This document shows positions 1-14,012 of a stretch of DNA of 64,000 bases, piece by piece. The first letter of the stretch is position 1. Each line of letters opens with the position of its first letter. Source of the DNA: Tubiluchus corallicola (lineage: Eukaryota > Animalia > Priapulida). The notes under the pieces are model-generated. The model was not told the DNA's origin and ran no database searches. It saw only the letters and a list, made by a program, of their open reading frames with translations. Where the stretch lies: contig JAQGDQ010000940.1 in assembly GCA_030141605.1 (NCBI GenBank), positions 14,923 through 78,922 of the forward strand. The letters are read 5' to 3'. The position numbers and the translations under genes are program-made.

Positions 1-208
1 CAAAACATCTTGTATCAAAGAATTTAATTCCAAATTATACGTAATGGTAAACAAATTACAATTAACAGGTTTTATAACGTTATTAACACTTCACACTCAC
101 TAATTTACAAAAAACAAGACTAAATTTATAAATAATACAAACAGGTACATACGTATGTACATCATACAATAAGGCTTCATTTGCAATTAATTGCACATAT
201 AATGGCAG

Positions 209-3200
209 CTACTGGTACACAAGATACATAACAGGTGCTATTCCAGATTCATCTGTTAAATCAGCAATGTCTATTTCACTATTTGTCACAGATAGCTGAG
301 TATCTATGGTCGGCTCGCTGCAAGGCGGAGTGACAAATTTACTTGGACTCCACGTCAACTCTTCATTAATATCACCGCTGCTAACAATAGCCAATTGTTC
401 CAGATCTGCTGGGACAGACTCTAACTTGATAATCTGATTATTTTCGTCAGCAGCCTCATTTGTGATGTAATAAATCATCTCCTCTGCAAAATCTTGCGCT
501 GTAATCGATTCGGCAGCTTTCTGCAAAATGATGGCAGGATCAGACACTGTTGTGTTAGCAACAACGTTATTATCAACTATTGGCACACACAGTTCAAGTG
601 TATGAGCAACTGTCTGTTGGCCATTTGACAGATCGCGCCGAGAATCTTTCCTCTTCAGCGAAGCACGTTCTGTTCTCAAACGATTCTTTTTCTCAGCTCG
701 GGAGCGGACTGGCTGCAATACAATAGGTTCGTTATTCATTGCATTAATGTCACTTTCTTTATCATACAATCCGGTAAATAGTGCTACCTGATCTTTAGTA
801 TTCATGTCAAAATTAGTCTTTTTTACTTCCTCGTTGTGATCATCGAGCAAGTGATCCCGAAACTTTGTAGCATTGTTTGAACCAAAGGGGCAAAACTTGC
901 ATGGGTAAACAGCTTGGCCATGATGTTTCTTTGTTTTCATGATGTGCTTGCGAACGTTTTCATGAACATTGCACGAGTAATCACAGTAAGGACATTTATA
1001 CGGTTTAACTCCAGTATGCAAACGTAAATGGCGCTGAAGATGCAATTTTGTTCTACCAGCATATTCACAATATTTGCACTGATACGGTCGAATCGTAGTG
1101 TGTGTTCGTTCATGTTTAGTCAATGCATGTCGTGTCTTACCCGTGTATCCGCAGGTTACGCACAAATATGGGCGTTCGTTTGTGTGAACTCGACTGTGTA
1201 TTGCCAGCTCACTCTGCGACCGGAACGTCAGCTTGCAGCCATCAAACTGACACTTAACCAGCTTACCTGTGTGAAGTTTGTAGTGGTAGTGCAACTGAGA
1301 CTTCTCCATGAAGCTGCTGCCACACTGATCACACACAAAGGGTCTTGGCCGGTCGGTTTTGTGGGTCATCAAGTGACGATTCAAACTATTCTTCTTTAAG
1401 AATGAAGCTTTGCAAATGCTGCAGAAGAAATTTCTCTCTCCTAGGTGGCGCCGGACGTGACTGTGTAATGACCCTTTCTGACTGAAAGCTTTTGCACATA
1501 AGTGACAATGAAAAGGCTTCTCTCCTGTGTGTACTCTGCGATGTTGTTCCAGAGATCCATGTTTCAATAACTTCCCACATCCAACAACCAAACATTGAAA
1601 TTTTGACTTGCCTACTCTTCTGAAAAAAGGAGTTCTGTCCACAGTAATAGGACGCCCGACTGAACGTTTTTTAACCAGACGTTCAGTCCTTTCAGTGACA
1701 ACATTTTTGTTCTCCAACTTGTTCTCATTCTTGCTTAAACGTGCTATGGTGTCATTAACGTCCTCTCCTTCTCTTGGTTCAATTACTATTCCTTCATATT
1801 TAGCTGGACGACCAGACCGGCATTTTGGTTTTGTTACACAAGAGGAATTCAATTGATTCATTTCACTTTCAACCAGGTCACTAAGAATAGGACCTTCATC
1901 ATATTCGTTTGACATACCAGCAAGTACCACTGACTCATCAGCTGTTTCACAAAAAGTATCCTGCGCTTCTGCCAGAACCGCTAATATAGTCTCATTCTCT
2001 GTGGAGGACGGCTTTTCCAAGTGTTCTGATCTGTCATGCTCCTCTTTTACTTCTATCTCATGACAATCGTTTATAGTTATTTTATTCTCTTTTATAGTTC
2101 TTTTCGTTCGACTACGATTCATATCAGTCAGCACAGAGCATTCCAGTTTTTTGGGCAGCGATTTTTTTCTTTGTGGGCGTCTATTCGTACCATATTCATT
2201 ATCAGGAAATGAACAGTTAGAATCAATAGTCTTTACGCAGTCAGTCAATCTGACTTCACATACTTTTCCCACATAATCAGGAGAAGGCATGTTTTTACAA
2301 AAACCGAGTCTACTGCCGTCCAGTTTAGATTTACTGCACAAATCAAGAGATGTCAAAAATATTTTCATATTCGTTTCTTTCACATCATCCAAGTTGCTAC
2401 CGACTTGTCTTTGCGCATTTTCTATTTGACCTGCATTAGCTCCCACATTCACGCTATCTTTTTCTGTATTAGCTTTGCTGCTGTCATCTACATTCGTAGA
2501 AGCAGTACTTACAACATGCCTGTGAGTAACACTAGTGTCACAACAAGAATCATTGGGTGTATTTGGCTCTGCTTTTGGCAGACTTTTAAAAAAGTCATTT
2601 TTGCTTTTATTAATATCAGCAGCACCATCTTTGAATGTTTGCCCATTCATAATAACATCAAGGCTTAATAAGTCACCATCTTGTGTAAAACTATTGATCT
2701 CACTTTCAGTTGAGACAGAATGCTCGAGAGGTTTAGTTGTTGCACTTCTCATTGGGCATTCACACTTACAATGCAATATGTACTTATCAATACCTGAAAC
2801 AAATAAAATAAAATTGTGATGCAGTACTTAAAAAAGTTTTCTTTATTTAGGGCAGTAAAAAAACTAAAGGAATTTTAAGTTTTTTTTCGTTTTTAGTAGA
2901 AACTGTGTGTGGTTTACACGAGATTAGCAACCAATTAATAAAAATACTTATATATTTTACAACTCAAATTCAAAATGTATCAAACCTAAATAGTTCATAC
3001 ATGTTTGAGATGTATCACAAATGTATCAATTTTGAAATAACTAAAGAGGTTCCCAGTATATAAACTATAGTCTATGGCCTTTTGTTTGTACAGCACACGT
3101 CAGTAGGACAATTTGAGAAATTGCATAATGGCCACATTTGGGGATAAGCAGTGTATAACATGCTATTAAGTAACATAATTCATTTCTGTTTTTTCACAAA

Positions 3201-6088
3201 ATTTATTTTCTAAAACTGTTATATTAGCACCATAAAAATACAACAACATAGCAATGAGATCTAAAATGTATTTTTTAACAAATTTGTATTCCGCTGTAGT
3301 TTTTTAGTTGTATATGCGACTAAATTTTTGTTTTACCTTGAAATTCCCATATGAAGACTTTTTTATTTTCCAACACTAAAAAAATTATCTGTGGCTGGAA
3401 AAAGTACACAGCTGCAATGTTTAATTTGCACAAAAACGTTTTTAGGTACTCACTTGTAGGCTTAGTATTTGGCATTGTAAAAAAATAAAGAATTAATGCC
3501 ATGTTCATGCTGGTGCTAGTCAACCAAGAACTACGAAAAACAAACTGTTTCAATTAACTAACTAAACAATTAAAAATATAATTAACTGACTTAATTGTGT
3601 CTGTTAATGAAATGACACATGAACGAAGTGATTAGCCAAAGTGGTTCATTCGTTAGTTGGTTGGTTACAATGGAAAGTTTGTTAAACAAGACATTCTATC
3701 CTCTCTACTGTTGCAAGTAAATTACCCCTTTGTGCTTTTGCCATGAGTCATCATCACTCTTCAGTTATGCAACTCTTCAGTTTTGTAAAACCTTCTGTTT
3801 TATAAACTATTTAATACGTTAATCAATGAATGAATTCGAAATTATTTCATATTATATGGCAACACATGTAGTGTAAGGCTGAAACAATATTTTTAATAGA
3901 GATTTTTTTATTGGTATGTGTGGGATATTAAACATAGGTTTAGTATTCTCCGTATGGGTAATCTATTCGGCTTCTAGCATATTACAAGGTATTACTACAT
4001 GCACAAAATTGTCCAGAAATATGAGGGCATTTTGTTTATCCAGTTCCGCTTACGTCTCATATGACTGCGCCGTCTCTAGTTTTTATACTTGAGAACCTCT
4101 TTTGTAATTCAAAAATAATAAGCTGGTCTACTTTTTACATAAAGATACGCATTACACATGCCATTAGAAATTTTTTCTGATAATATTCTGCTGCAAAAGT
4201 ACTCACGGACACAGTGAGAAGAATATAGACTGCTTTGCATTTTTTAATCAAGATTATTATCACAAAAGCTTCAAATATAACACTTCTATTGAAAAAAAAT
4301 CAAGATATTTTTTGGAATTTTCACAAGTCAAGAATTAGCCTTTGAAAGTTATTAAGTCGGATGTTCTACACTTTTGCTACCTGATCTAATAAGTTGACAT
4401 GACTGTGTCACACTATTAAGCAAATTAAATCAGTGTAGACTGTTATGTTTAAAAGGCATATAAAAGCTTTTGTTTTCCAGCCAAACAAATTTTTTTTTAC
4501 ATCAAAGTGACAGTAGGTCACCCTAGACAGAATAAAGAAGCTATAAATAAATAACAGGCAAATTATGATTTTATCTACTTATTAACTTATCAAAACCGAT
4601 TTTTCATATAACTTAATACAATTATGCCCAAAATTTTCATATTGATAGATTGCCAAAAATAAACAAAAAATTTATAATGCAAGTACAAAATATGTAAGAA
4701 CTTGCCTATAATTTTTTATAAAATCTGTCATTATTGTGATACTTTGATACTGCATTTAAGCCATGTTCAGCATTTTAACCTTATTTAGGATACTGTATCT
4801 GCTTTGTCATAAAACTTCCATTCTCATTTAAATTAAAAAATTGTTTAAAATTAGGAATGGACTTTTAAAAACTATACATTAGTAAAGAATAAGGTAAATG
4901 ATAACATAATTTAATAATAAGGTAAATGATAACATAATTTAATTTATAAGTGATAATAAAAATGACAGTGTAAGTCTTTATATTTGCATTAAAGAAATGG
5001 GTACGATAGCACTATGATATATTTTGGAAATAGGGCATCTAATATTGTTATAATGATAAATTAGCGAATGTTTTAGTATAGGTGTTTATGATAAACTCAT
5101 ACAGCAGACGTTATACATTCTTCAATCATTCTTATGGCTACAAAATTGTTTTTTATATACATATTACGTCACAGTAAAAAAAATTAGCAGCAAATGGAAA
5201 CTCTGAGAAATGGTAAAGGTTATTAGAACCATATGCTAATTAATGTGTGCAGGTGAAGAAAAGCAAAAAACTTAACTTGGATTCAAACTCCTGCCATTCA
5301 GTAAATAATGTTAGGAAGCAAACACGCAGTCAACTGTAACAAAGTGGATTTCTGTCATACTGATTGCTATCTAAACATTGTGGAGATGAGGCAGCACTTG
5401 CGCATAGAATGCTGCATGTAGGATTTAACGTTCAAGGCGAAAATTTCGTAGAATTCAATCTCAGATTACATGACCTATATTTGTACTGGTTTATGTGTTT
5501 TGAAAAATGCCGGGTACCACCTCATTGGCTTTACTCTTTTTCTTTCCAAAGAGATAAAAAACTTTTTCAAAGACTCTAACGAAGTGTCTATACAATGATT
5601 TTTATACAAGGCGTACATATTAGTTCTATAAATTTTGAGAAAAAAAACCACAAAAAATATTCATTATTAGGGGTTTTCACACACCTTTCTTCCCAGACTT
5701 AAGAAATAAATCCTCTATGCCATCACAGGAGACAGAGACAATTCGTTTGATATATAATTAGTTGCAAATGGTTTAGTGGTTGATGAGAAAATAACCTATT
5801 ACATAGATCCGTAAAAAATATACTTAGAAAATTAATGTATACAAACTAACGAGTTACATCAAATTGTCAGAAATAGATTTTGCAACATCCACACAAGCTA
5901 AATGTTTGTTACTGTACGTGCATACAAATCTTTTACCCATTGCAATACCCATATAAGCAATCACTTATAAAATTTCTAATCAACAATTTTATATTGTTCT
6001 TTGGCGATATTTTACCTAGAAGAGTGTTCTGACATTTTATACAGTAGTGGAGATCATCGAGAATATCCGGGTTTCTTGTCATTGGCAT
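209..6088 (-). CDS. Multi-C2H2 zinc-finger transcription factor; coding exons 6016..6088 and 209..2793
   Basis: The 855-aa ORF has about 9 tandem C2H2 fingers with TGEKP-type linkers and two GRP (AT-hook-like) motifs. An acceptor (tttcag|GT at 2793) and an upstream exon (ATG at 6088, donor G|gtaaa at 6016) join in phase 1. The join gives MPMTRNPDILDDLHYCIKCQNTLLG|IDKYILHCKCEC, an N-terminal zinc-finger-like motif split by the intron. Confidence 0.9.
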
Positions 6089-6524
6089 AACTAAGCAGAT
6101 CGTGCAGATGCCAACCTAGAACACAAAAATTAATACTTATAACATCTTTTCTCAAATTACATAATATAAGTACCAGCAAGAAATATTTTGATATACTATT
6201 TCCTTGTTTAAACTGAAATTTGTGTTTTTAGCATAAATTACCGAATGGTACACAGTACTCATTTCCAGTACGGTACCTGGTATTTTACTATACATCGGCA
6301 ATACTAATGGCAGATTCTAAACGATGTAATTCACATACTCATCCAGTATGAGATGTTTCACCTGTATCTGATACGTGACTGCCAGTTTGGAAACTGCGTG
6401 GACAAAGTTGTGAAATGGTGATTTTTGCAACCTTATCAGTTTAGAATTTACAATGCAACTTCATTTTTGTTAATGTAAAGAACGTCAAAAGTTTGGGAAT
6501 CATTTCAATGGACAGTAATGATTG

Positions 6525-6695
6525 CTGTTTCTCTGTCTCTCCCCCTCTCTCTTCCTTGTGCACACACTCTCTCTTCCCCTCTTTCTCATTATCATGTTTC
6601 TCTCCCTCTATTCTTCCTTTCTTTCCTGCCTCTCTCTTTTTTGCTCACCCTCTCTCTCACTTTCTCTCTCTTTGCTTTCTCACTCTCTTCCCGTT
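6525..6695. repeat. CT-rich low-complexity tract
   Basis: Degenerate (CT)n/(CTT)n; explains the spurious S/L/F-rich ORFs here. Confidence 0.8.
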
Positions 6696-8199
6696 GCATT
6701 AAATTGTCTTAAATTGCTTAGGCCTATTAAACTTACATTATAATACCTAGTTGTTTAGTACTCTAGGGAAAAGGTTGGGAAGCTTAGTGTAAAATTCTGG
6801 CAAATTTTCCTGCTATACTAAAAATTAAGAAGGGCAATTAGATATTCTCACTTGTTCTAGTAATATATTTGGCATTCGTTATGTGAAACTTAAGAACCGA
6901 TTACCCTCAACATGTAGTCTCTCTGCTCCCTGTTGCATAAACTTGAACACAGACCAGGAAGGAAAGCAAAGCACTTTATTAAATTCACAGCCCCCAATAA
7001 CTGGAATAAAATAAGTGCCCAAGTAAAAACACACAAAACTATTTATAGTTTCAAAAAGTACTTGAAAAGGTGATTCATACTTATAATACAATTTTAATGG
7101 TTCCATGTCTCATGCAGTCGCAATATATGGCCTCCAATCAATTATAATGCTATTTTAATATACCTCTATGTAAATTAAACATACACTGTGGTCGTTCCTT
7201 CTCCTCTTTTCCTTCTTCCTATCCCTAATCTTACTATTTTTTCAATTCCATCATGTCTACTAACCCTAACCATTCTTTCATTCACTCATTTGTGACACCT
7301 TAACAAGTCAAGCTTTCCAGGTGTCATACAGCAACTCTTTTATTTGGTTATTTTGACTTCATCAACGTTTTTTTTACCTATACTGTTTCTTTTTGTTTCA
7401 ATAATATTGTATGTTGATGTATTGTATATGTATTGCTGGAGTGAAATAAATTGATTGATTGATGATTGAAAGTGACTGGTGGTCATAATTCTACTGTGAC
7501 GGCATTCATGCAGGCTCATTTTACTAATAGTTTAGCCCCATATGTGGTATTAATTCCGGTGCTTTCTTCTTTGCAGGACCAGTTTCCGGTGCCAATTTGA
7601 TCCGGTATACTGGACCATCACTAAAAAGCAATGCACATAAATTTTAAAATACATTGTCAATTTATGACATGAGTTATGATAAGGGAACATAATTTTATTT
7701 TGTCTTGAAAGTACTCCATAATATTTAAGATTTTATGTTGTGTTTGATTATGCATCTATCAAGCCATGCCACGATGCTTATAGTTAGACTGGACAGACAA
7801 AGGTTGCAAGTGATATATTCCCCTGCTGCATCTGATGTAAAAGTTGGTAGGATTCAAACCTCGTTCTGGTTTTTTAATAATCAAACTTCCTTAAATCATC
7901 ACCGACTTTCCCTCGCAGAGCTGGCTAATTCTTTGTGGTTACAAGATTCGACTCCTTAAGAACTTTTTTCATACGACTTTTACTGTGTTTCTACCCTGCA
8001 CGTTTTCTCTGGTCATCCTGTAGTTCACTTCATCTGGTTGTAGTACAAAATCCAGTTCTTACACTGACACAACAGTTCTAAGACACATATAGGGCATGGT
8101 ATATTAATACGAAGATGAAGATTTTTGTTCAAGAAGACAAGCTACCGAAACCAGCCAAAGAACAAGGATGCAAGTTTAACCTATCAGTATCAGCACTAT

Positions 8200-8630
8200 C
8201 ACAAGTGGCACTTCTTCGTGTTGGACATAGTACCACTCTCAACACTTTTATTATGACATAGTAAATGTATAAGTGGGAAAATTGGAGGGGTAAAAAGTGC
8301 AATTATATGCTTAACATCTAACCATGCTGTAAGGTGTAAATTAAAGAAGTTTCTCTTAAAAGAACAAGTTGCCAACAGTAGAAGAAATTTAACTCTTCTT
8401 TATCTATCTCTTCTGAATGGCTGCAAGTAATGTTGCAATTGAAGATTTATACGTTGATAAAATGAAGGCAGTAAATGTTCGAATTAACCAAGCTGTAAAA
8501 GTAAGAAAGTTGTTGCTGGGAGCTGATTTGGATATATAAAATTATAAAAAAAAGAAGATATAAAAAGTGCTACAAGACTAAATTAGGCTTACACTTAGAG
8601 ATAAGTGCTTTCCAGACTGGATGACAAGCC
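8200..8630 (-). mobile_element. Possible highly decayed L2/CR1-group LINE 3' fragment
   Basis: Broken minus-strand frames weakly resemble the post-RT region of L2-type ORF2; many stops. Confidence 0.25.
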
Positions 8631-9699
8631 GATATGAAACTGTTGACCTTCGTAATGTGGTCAGGACAATTAAAACTAATTCAAAACAATTGTTTCAGCT
8701 TCCATTCTGTTACCTATTTCGCATACTGTTTGTTCATCACATTCCTCCATGTACATATGCGCGGTGTAAGCTGTGTCGACACTTTAACCCCATAAGCTTA
8801 GCGATGACTTGCAATGAATGGGGATCAGCATTTTACAATTTTCGGTACTACAAATTACAATGCACACGGGCCTTATCCGCTAATTGTTAACTGCTACAGC
8901 TAGGAGCAAAAATCAAAATAATTATAATTTCGCTCCCCAAATCAAGGTAACAAGAAAAAAACTACAACCGAAAGACATTATCATAATACCGTTTCGCATA
9001 ATCAGGAATTGATATTATTATTATCATTACTACGTTATATAAAGTCTTCATGAATCCCCATGATTATGCAGAGCTTTTGTAAACTTGGCATTTAGTTCTT
9101 AACTTCTTATGCTCCAATAATCGTTGATTTGGCTGCCATTATTGGAACTTTTTAATTGCGAGACACTGACCTACGACGCTGTCGCATCTGTGGTTACACA
9201 GCGGTTACTTAAAGCAAAAGGAAACCCATCACTTACATATTAATACATAAAGCTTAAAAAAATTCATATTGAGATTTTATACTGTAAAATTATTAATAAT
9301 TATTGTATTATTGTAATTTTATTATTGCAAGAAATGGTAATCGTCAGTAAATGGTAACATTAAATATTGATACCCAATACCTACAATAGGTGGAATGAGA
9401 TTTTGAAAAAGAAGAAAGAAAATTTACACCACTTACATACAGGGCTTGCGTTGGCAGTAACACTATATAAAACATGTAAATTTAAACTCACACGATGACT
9501 GTTAGATGTAGCCCATTTTACAATAAATCATTTAAAACACGTTTACCATTACCGTTACCGTCGAAGGATAGACGTCGAAGGGTAGGAGCCTAAGCATAAA
9601 TAGCTTATGGACCCCTCTATTCTACCTTGTTTATCTTATTAAAATAAAAATGAACAAAATAATTGGCCACACTGCGATCATGAAGTGTAGCACAAGATT

Positions 9700-10500
9700 T
9701 CCTGTTCCAGTGTCTATCAAGACAAATCTTAAACTAGGCAGGATTGGAGGCTTAAACTACAGTGTCAGGCAGCAGGCAGCATGTTCCACTCATTAATTAC
9801 TCGCCTTGCAAATGTGAACCTCCTTCTACTCCACCTTTGGGGAACTGTTCTCTTCTTGATTTTGTAGGGGTGACCTTTGGTACCATGGTATGTCTGTTGA
9901 TGGAAAAATATTTCGCTGTTGATGGTTTCTGTACTTTTAGGGATACGAAATGTTTGAATTAAATATTGTTTTTTCCGTCGATACTTCAGAGTTGTAAGGC
10001 CCAGACTGTATTGGTAAATCTTCCTAAATCTTGCAGTATATGGTAAATAAGAAACAGCAGGTACGAGTCTAGTAGCTCGACGTTGTATTTTTTCAATTTT
10101 CCGTTTCATGTCTTGATGACTTGGGCTCACCATAATCCATATAGGGCGAACCATTGATTTGTACAGCTTGGTCATCATAGATCCATCAAGATAAGAGAAA
10201 CTACATTTGAATAAGGTCAGTCTTCCATGTGGTTTACTAACAAAGTTATTTATATGTGTTTGAAAATTAAGCATACTGTCGATGGTGATACCCAGATCCT
10301 TTTCTTCTGTGACACTTATAATTTCTCTAGAACTTTGTCACGTGCCATTTTATATGTACGACCTGCAACATCATACCTTCCAAGAGCCAGGAGCTTACAT
10401 TTTTTGGTGCTAAATTCCATTTGTCATTGGCTACATGAGTGATCAGCATAGTTAAGATTATTCTGTGTGATCTCAAAATCATTCAGGCAGATAACGCTGA
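9700..10500 (-). mobile_element. CR1-type LINE ORF2 C-terminal remnant
   Basis: ORF 9765..10274 has LYKSMVRP, IEKIQRRATRLVP, LGLTTLKYRR, TKGHPYK and RRVINEWNMLP, which are typical CR1 post-RT motifs. Confidence 0.85.
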
Positions 10501-10739
10501 ATAAAGTTTGAAGAAATAATCAGAGCATTCATAGTGCACATGTCACTAAGGCAAAATATTAAAAATTACTGTGGCCTATCAATAAGATTAAAAATATGTT
10601 TTTTTGGTTAATGAGTGTGTCACCCTGGCGTAGTGATGAACATCGAACGTTTGACTTCGTTTTGGATTTTTTTAGTTAAAACTGGTGCCATTCTTTAAAA
10701 TTCCCTTTTCTTTCCCTTTAAAACACCAATGTGAAGGTC

Positions 10740-11680
10740 GTGCAAATACGCGAAGATAACCGTTGGGGCACTGCGAGTGCGAGAATTTGCAAAATACGCA
10801 AGATCTAAACATGAAATTTATTGTTGTTTGATCTCACGTGTTTTTAAAATTAAGTAATTTTTGTAGTTTAACGATTTTTATAGTGTTCATTTATTGGTTC
10901 TTGTAGTTTTCTCAACTTTCAATTTTTTGAGTTCTGACGAGAATAATGGTCTATTTTGCAGTTTAGTTGATTCTTTTTTAACGCACTCTCACATCTCCTG
11001 AAATATCGCTGAAAGCAGGGCTCCAGTAGAGAGATACGTCCTTTATTTGCACACTGATATAAACGGTAATTTTTCTGTGTGAATTTTTATTACACAGCGC
11101 ACTCTCCACCAAGCAACTGGCAGGTACTTTTCTGTAGGTGCGAGGCACAACACACTTATTTCTTTGTTGCTTTCTAAATTCCATGACGGCAACTGCAACG
11201 TCTTTTAAGTTTTATTGTTCTCATTAGTTCTACATTTATTTGCACACGGTTTTGGCTTTGGACTCTTGTTTAAATGAATTAAATCTTCACACACAAATGG
11301 ATGCTCTGTTGTCTCCTTTTCCTTCCTACATAGGGACACATCTTATAATCTTTATTCAATCCTTTGAAAATTATTCTTCTACCATATTTAATTTAATTTT
11401 CATCGCAGCACTTGCCTCCTTGACCTCACATTTCCCTATATACTGCTATTTTCCAAATGTTGCCATCTTCAAGAACCTTAATTTGGTCATTATTTCTATC
11501 ATTTGTTTGAACTTTTCTGCTATTCTTTCTCTGATTTTTACCTTTACTATTTTCTTCCATTTAGATTTTTTTATCCCTTGTAACTGTTCTATTTCATATT
11601 CAATGTCATTCTTTATCATTATTATTTTAATCTCTTCGTACCAACATTTTTCATAATGTCGTTCTTTCTGTTCTGTTAAA
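10740..11680 (-). mobile_element. Decayed non-LTR retrotransposon fragments (endonuclease-like piece and C-terminal piece)
   Basis: Broken frames include AAMKIKLNMV followed by a Cys-containing segment resembling LINE ORF2 C-termini; multiple stops and frameshifts. Confidence 0.35.
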
Positions 11681-12839
11681 ACTTTCTAAAGAAAAGTTGA
11701 AACATACCTCTTATTTCTAAAAAAAATAATTTTAAAAAACTTATTGTTAGTGTAGCGAGAACGGACTAAGATTAAGCAATTTCATGAAATATTTTCATTT
11801 AGGAGTTAGCAGTGAGTGATATTTTTTACCTATTACAGCATAAATTAACATGTACCAAATTTATGGTAATATTGACTGGTATTTTTTCTTACAATAGCCA
11901 GTAATCACCCAAAAACTTTTTTGCACCTGTAATTAAACTTTTGTTTTTAATAAGTGGCAACTGACTAAGTGACCAACAGGTCTTTTGCTGCTCCTCAATT
12001 ACAGTGAAATCGCCACACAATTATTCTTTTGAACAAATGTGAGAAAATAAAATTGAATTGAATTGTCACTTGTATTAGCATATCACGTGGTACTATTCTT
12101 CTAGTTTTTATTTCAGTTGATATAATTTTATTATTTTCATCCCTTGTCTCTTGATTATCAAAGCTGTTAACTGTGTACTTGAACTTCTGGCACTGACTTT
12201 CACTCTGAGTTCTGGCTGCATGCTTTGTCACTTAATTCTGTAGCTTGATGATAATGATGTTAATGATCTTGATGATGAAACACACTCTTACACTTAATGT
12301 TGTATATTTTACTACTAGTAGTGACTAAACTAGTTTTTTTTTACAATTTCATGCTCAAAATCTAAAACTAGTAAAAGCTAACGAAAGTTATCCAATAATG
12401 AAGATGTAGTTTCAAATATTCATTAACAAGCAAATAGGCTTTGGTTGAAGAGTAAAGGTATTGTTGGGTAATGGGTATTGCAAAAACAGTGGTGTTGGTA
12501 AACCACGTTTAAAAAGTTTCTGCGGTGGAGCTTTTTGTGACCTATTTTTTCCTGCAGGAAAAGAGTAATTGTGACCATGAGTCCTGAAAAATAGAATTAT
12601 TAAAATAATTCAAATGCTGAAGGTTGGAGATATCTGTTAACTTTTCTAAGTAAGGTTGCAGTTTACAGGGAAACAATTTTTTTGGTAAAAAAATACTCAA
12701 GTAAAAAATTATAATATATGTAGTTATAAGCAATGTTTTGCATTTGGGAGTCTCCAGATAAAATATTACTAGCAGCAGCAAAAGGCGAGAGGTGCTGAGG
12801 GCATCTTAAAGTAAAGTAGTGATGAAAGGTTTTTAATGT

Positions 12840-13850
12840 GGCATCAGGGCTTTCAATGTGCAAGGCAATGCTTATTGAGCAAGAGAATTCATAATTAACT
12901 ACAGAACAGGAGCGTCGAGATCAACAAAACGGTTTTGTCATCTGTCAACTGGGGTTAAGGTAAATGACTGAGGCTTCAGCCATGCAGGTGTGACTGCAGC
13001 ACTCCATACAAGGTTGGATAATTGACTTGTAAGCAGTGAAATATAGCAGTAGGAATTAGATATTTACAAGCGTCAACCAGATATCCCACATTTTTCAGTA
13101 TGTTCTAATATTTCTGTTGGATATTTCTGGAGCTCATGTTAGATTGCAACATGAGTCAAAGCCAAGCCAATGAAGTTCAGTAAAATTATTTGACTAATGA
13201 GGAAGACCAAAATAATACAGCATTGTGCTTCGATTTAGATAGAATCAAGGCAATTTTGGCCCCCTGGAGGTCAAAGCCAATTAAATATCTTCTTAAGGCA
13301 GATGGTTTCTGCAGATTTCTTGATAAATACTATATACAGAGTAGTACCAATAGCACAGATGGCATATTTAGATAGTATAGGATCTGATTAATCATTTATG
13401 GACAGTATCTAGAAACACAGAGCTACTGACAGACGTTTCCTTTGATCTAATATACAGAAGAAGATCTGGTTTTCATAAACAATTTGTAATGGGGACTGTC
13501 ACCTCATTGAGAAATGAGTTAATGTAATGTTACCTGATTTAGCACAGATTTATTATAGCATGAGGCAGTAATTCTCATCCTCCACCCTGGCAACCTCATG
13601 TAACAGTAGGAAGGCAGGATAATGATTGCACAGCCCGAACAGTGCAGCACTTTGCTTGGAAATAGTAGCAAACGAAAAGTTAGCATGTTACAGTACAATG
13701 AAAATATTGGTGAAAATAGGGAGTGCTTCAGTTCCACAATGCCTAATGATGAATTCTATAGCACTTACATTTTAGCATTATAGAGTTCAGTGGTGGTTAC
13801 AGATGAACTGCCATCAGTTGGTTAAGTATTGCAGCTGCACAAAGCAAAAA
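12840..13850 (-). mobile_element. Possible decayed RTE-like RT fragment
   Basis: Degenerate remnants resembling the 'YRPISLL' and 'FVDL.A' RT motifs on the minus strand; no intact ORF. Confidence 0.25.
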
Positions 13851-14012
13851 CTTGTTTGTGCACAATCAATGTGATTGTCATTTTAAAGCAGCATTTGAAG
13901 AATAATAAAGTAAATATCATTGGGCCCACTGAGTAGTGAGTCGAAATATTAATTACATGTATGAAAATGAGAGGCATTTTAATTGACAACTGGCATTTTA
14001 CTAAAATTACAG

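Noticed and set aside
1028-2819. Short ORFs overlapping the zinc-finger exon
   Set aside because: Antisense or alternate-frame shadows with no recognisable motifs.
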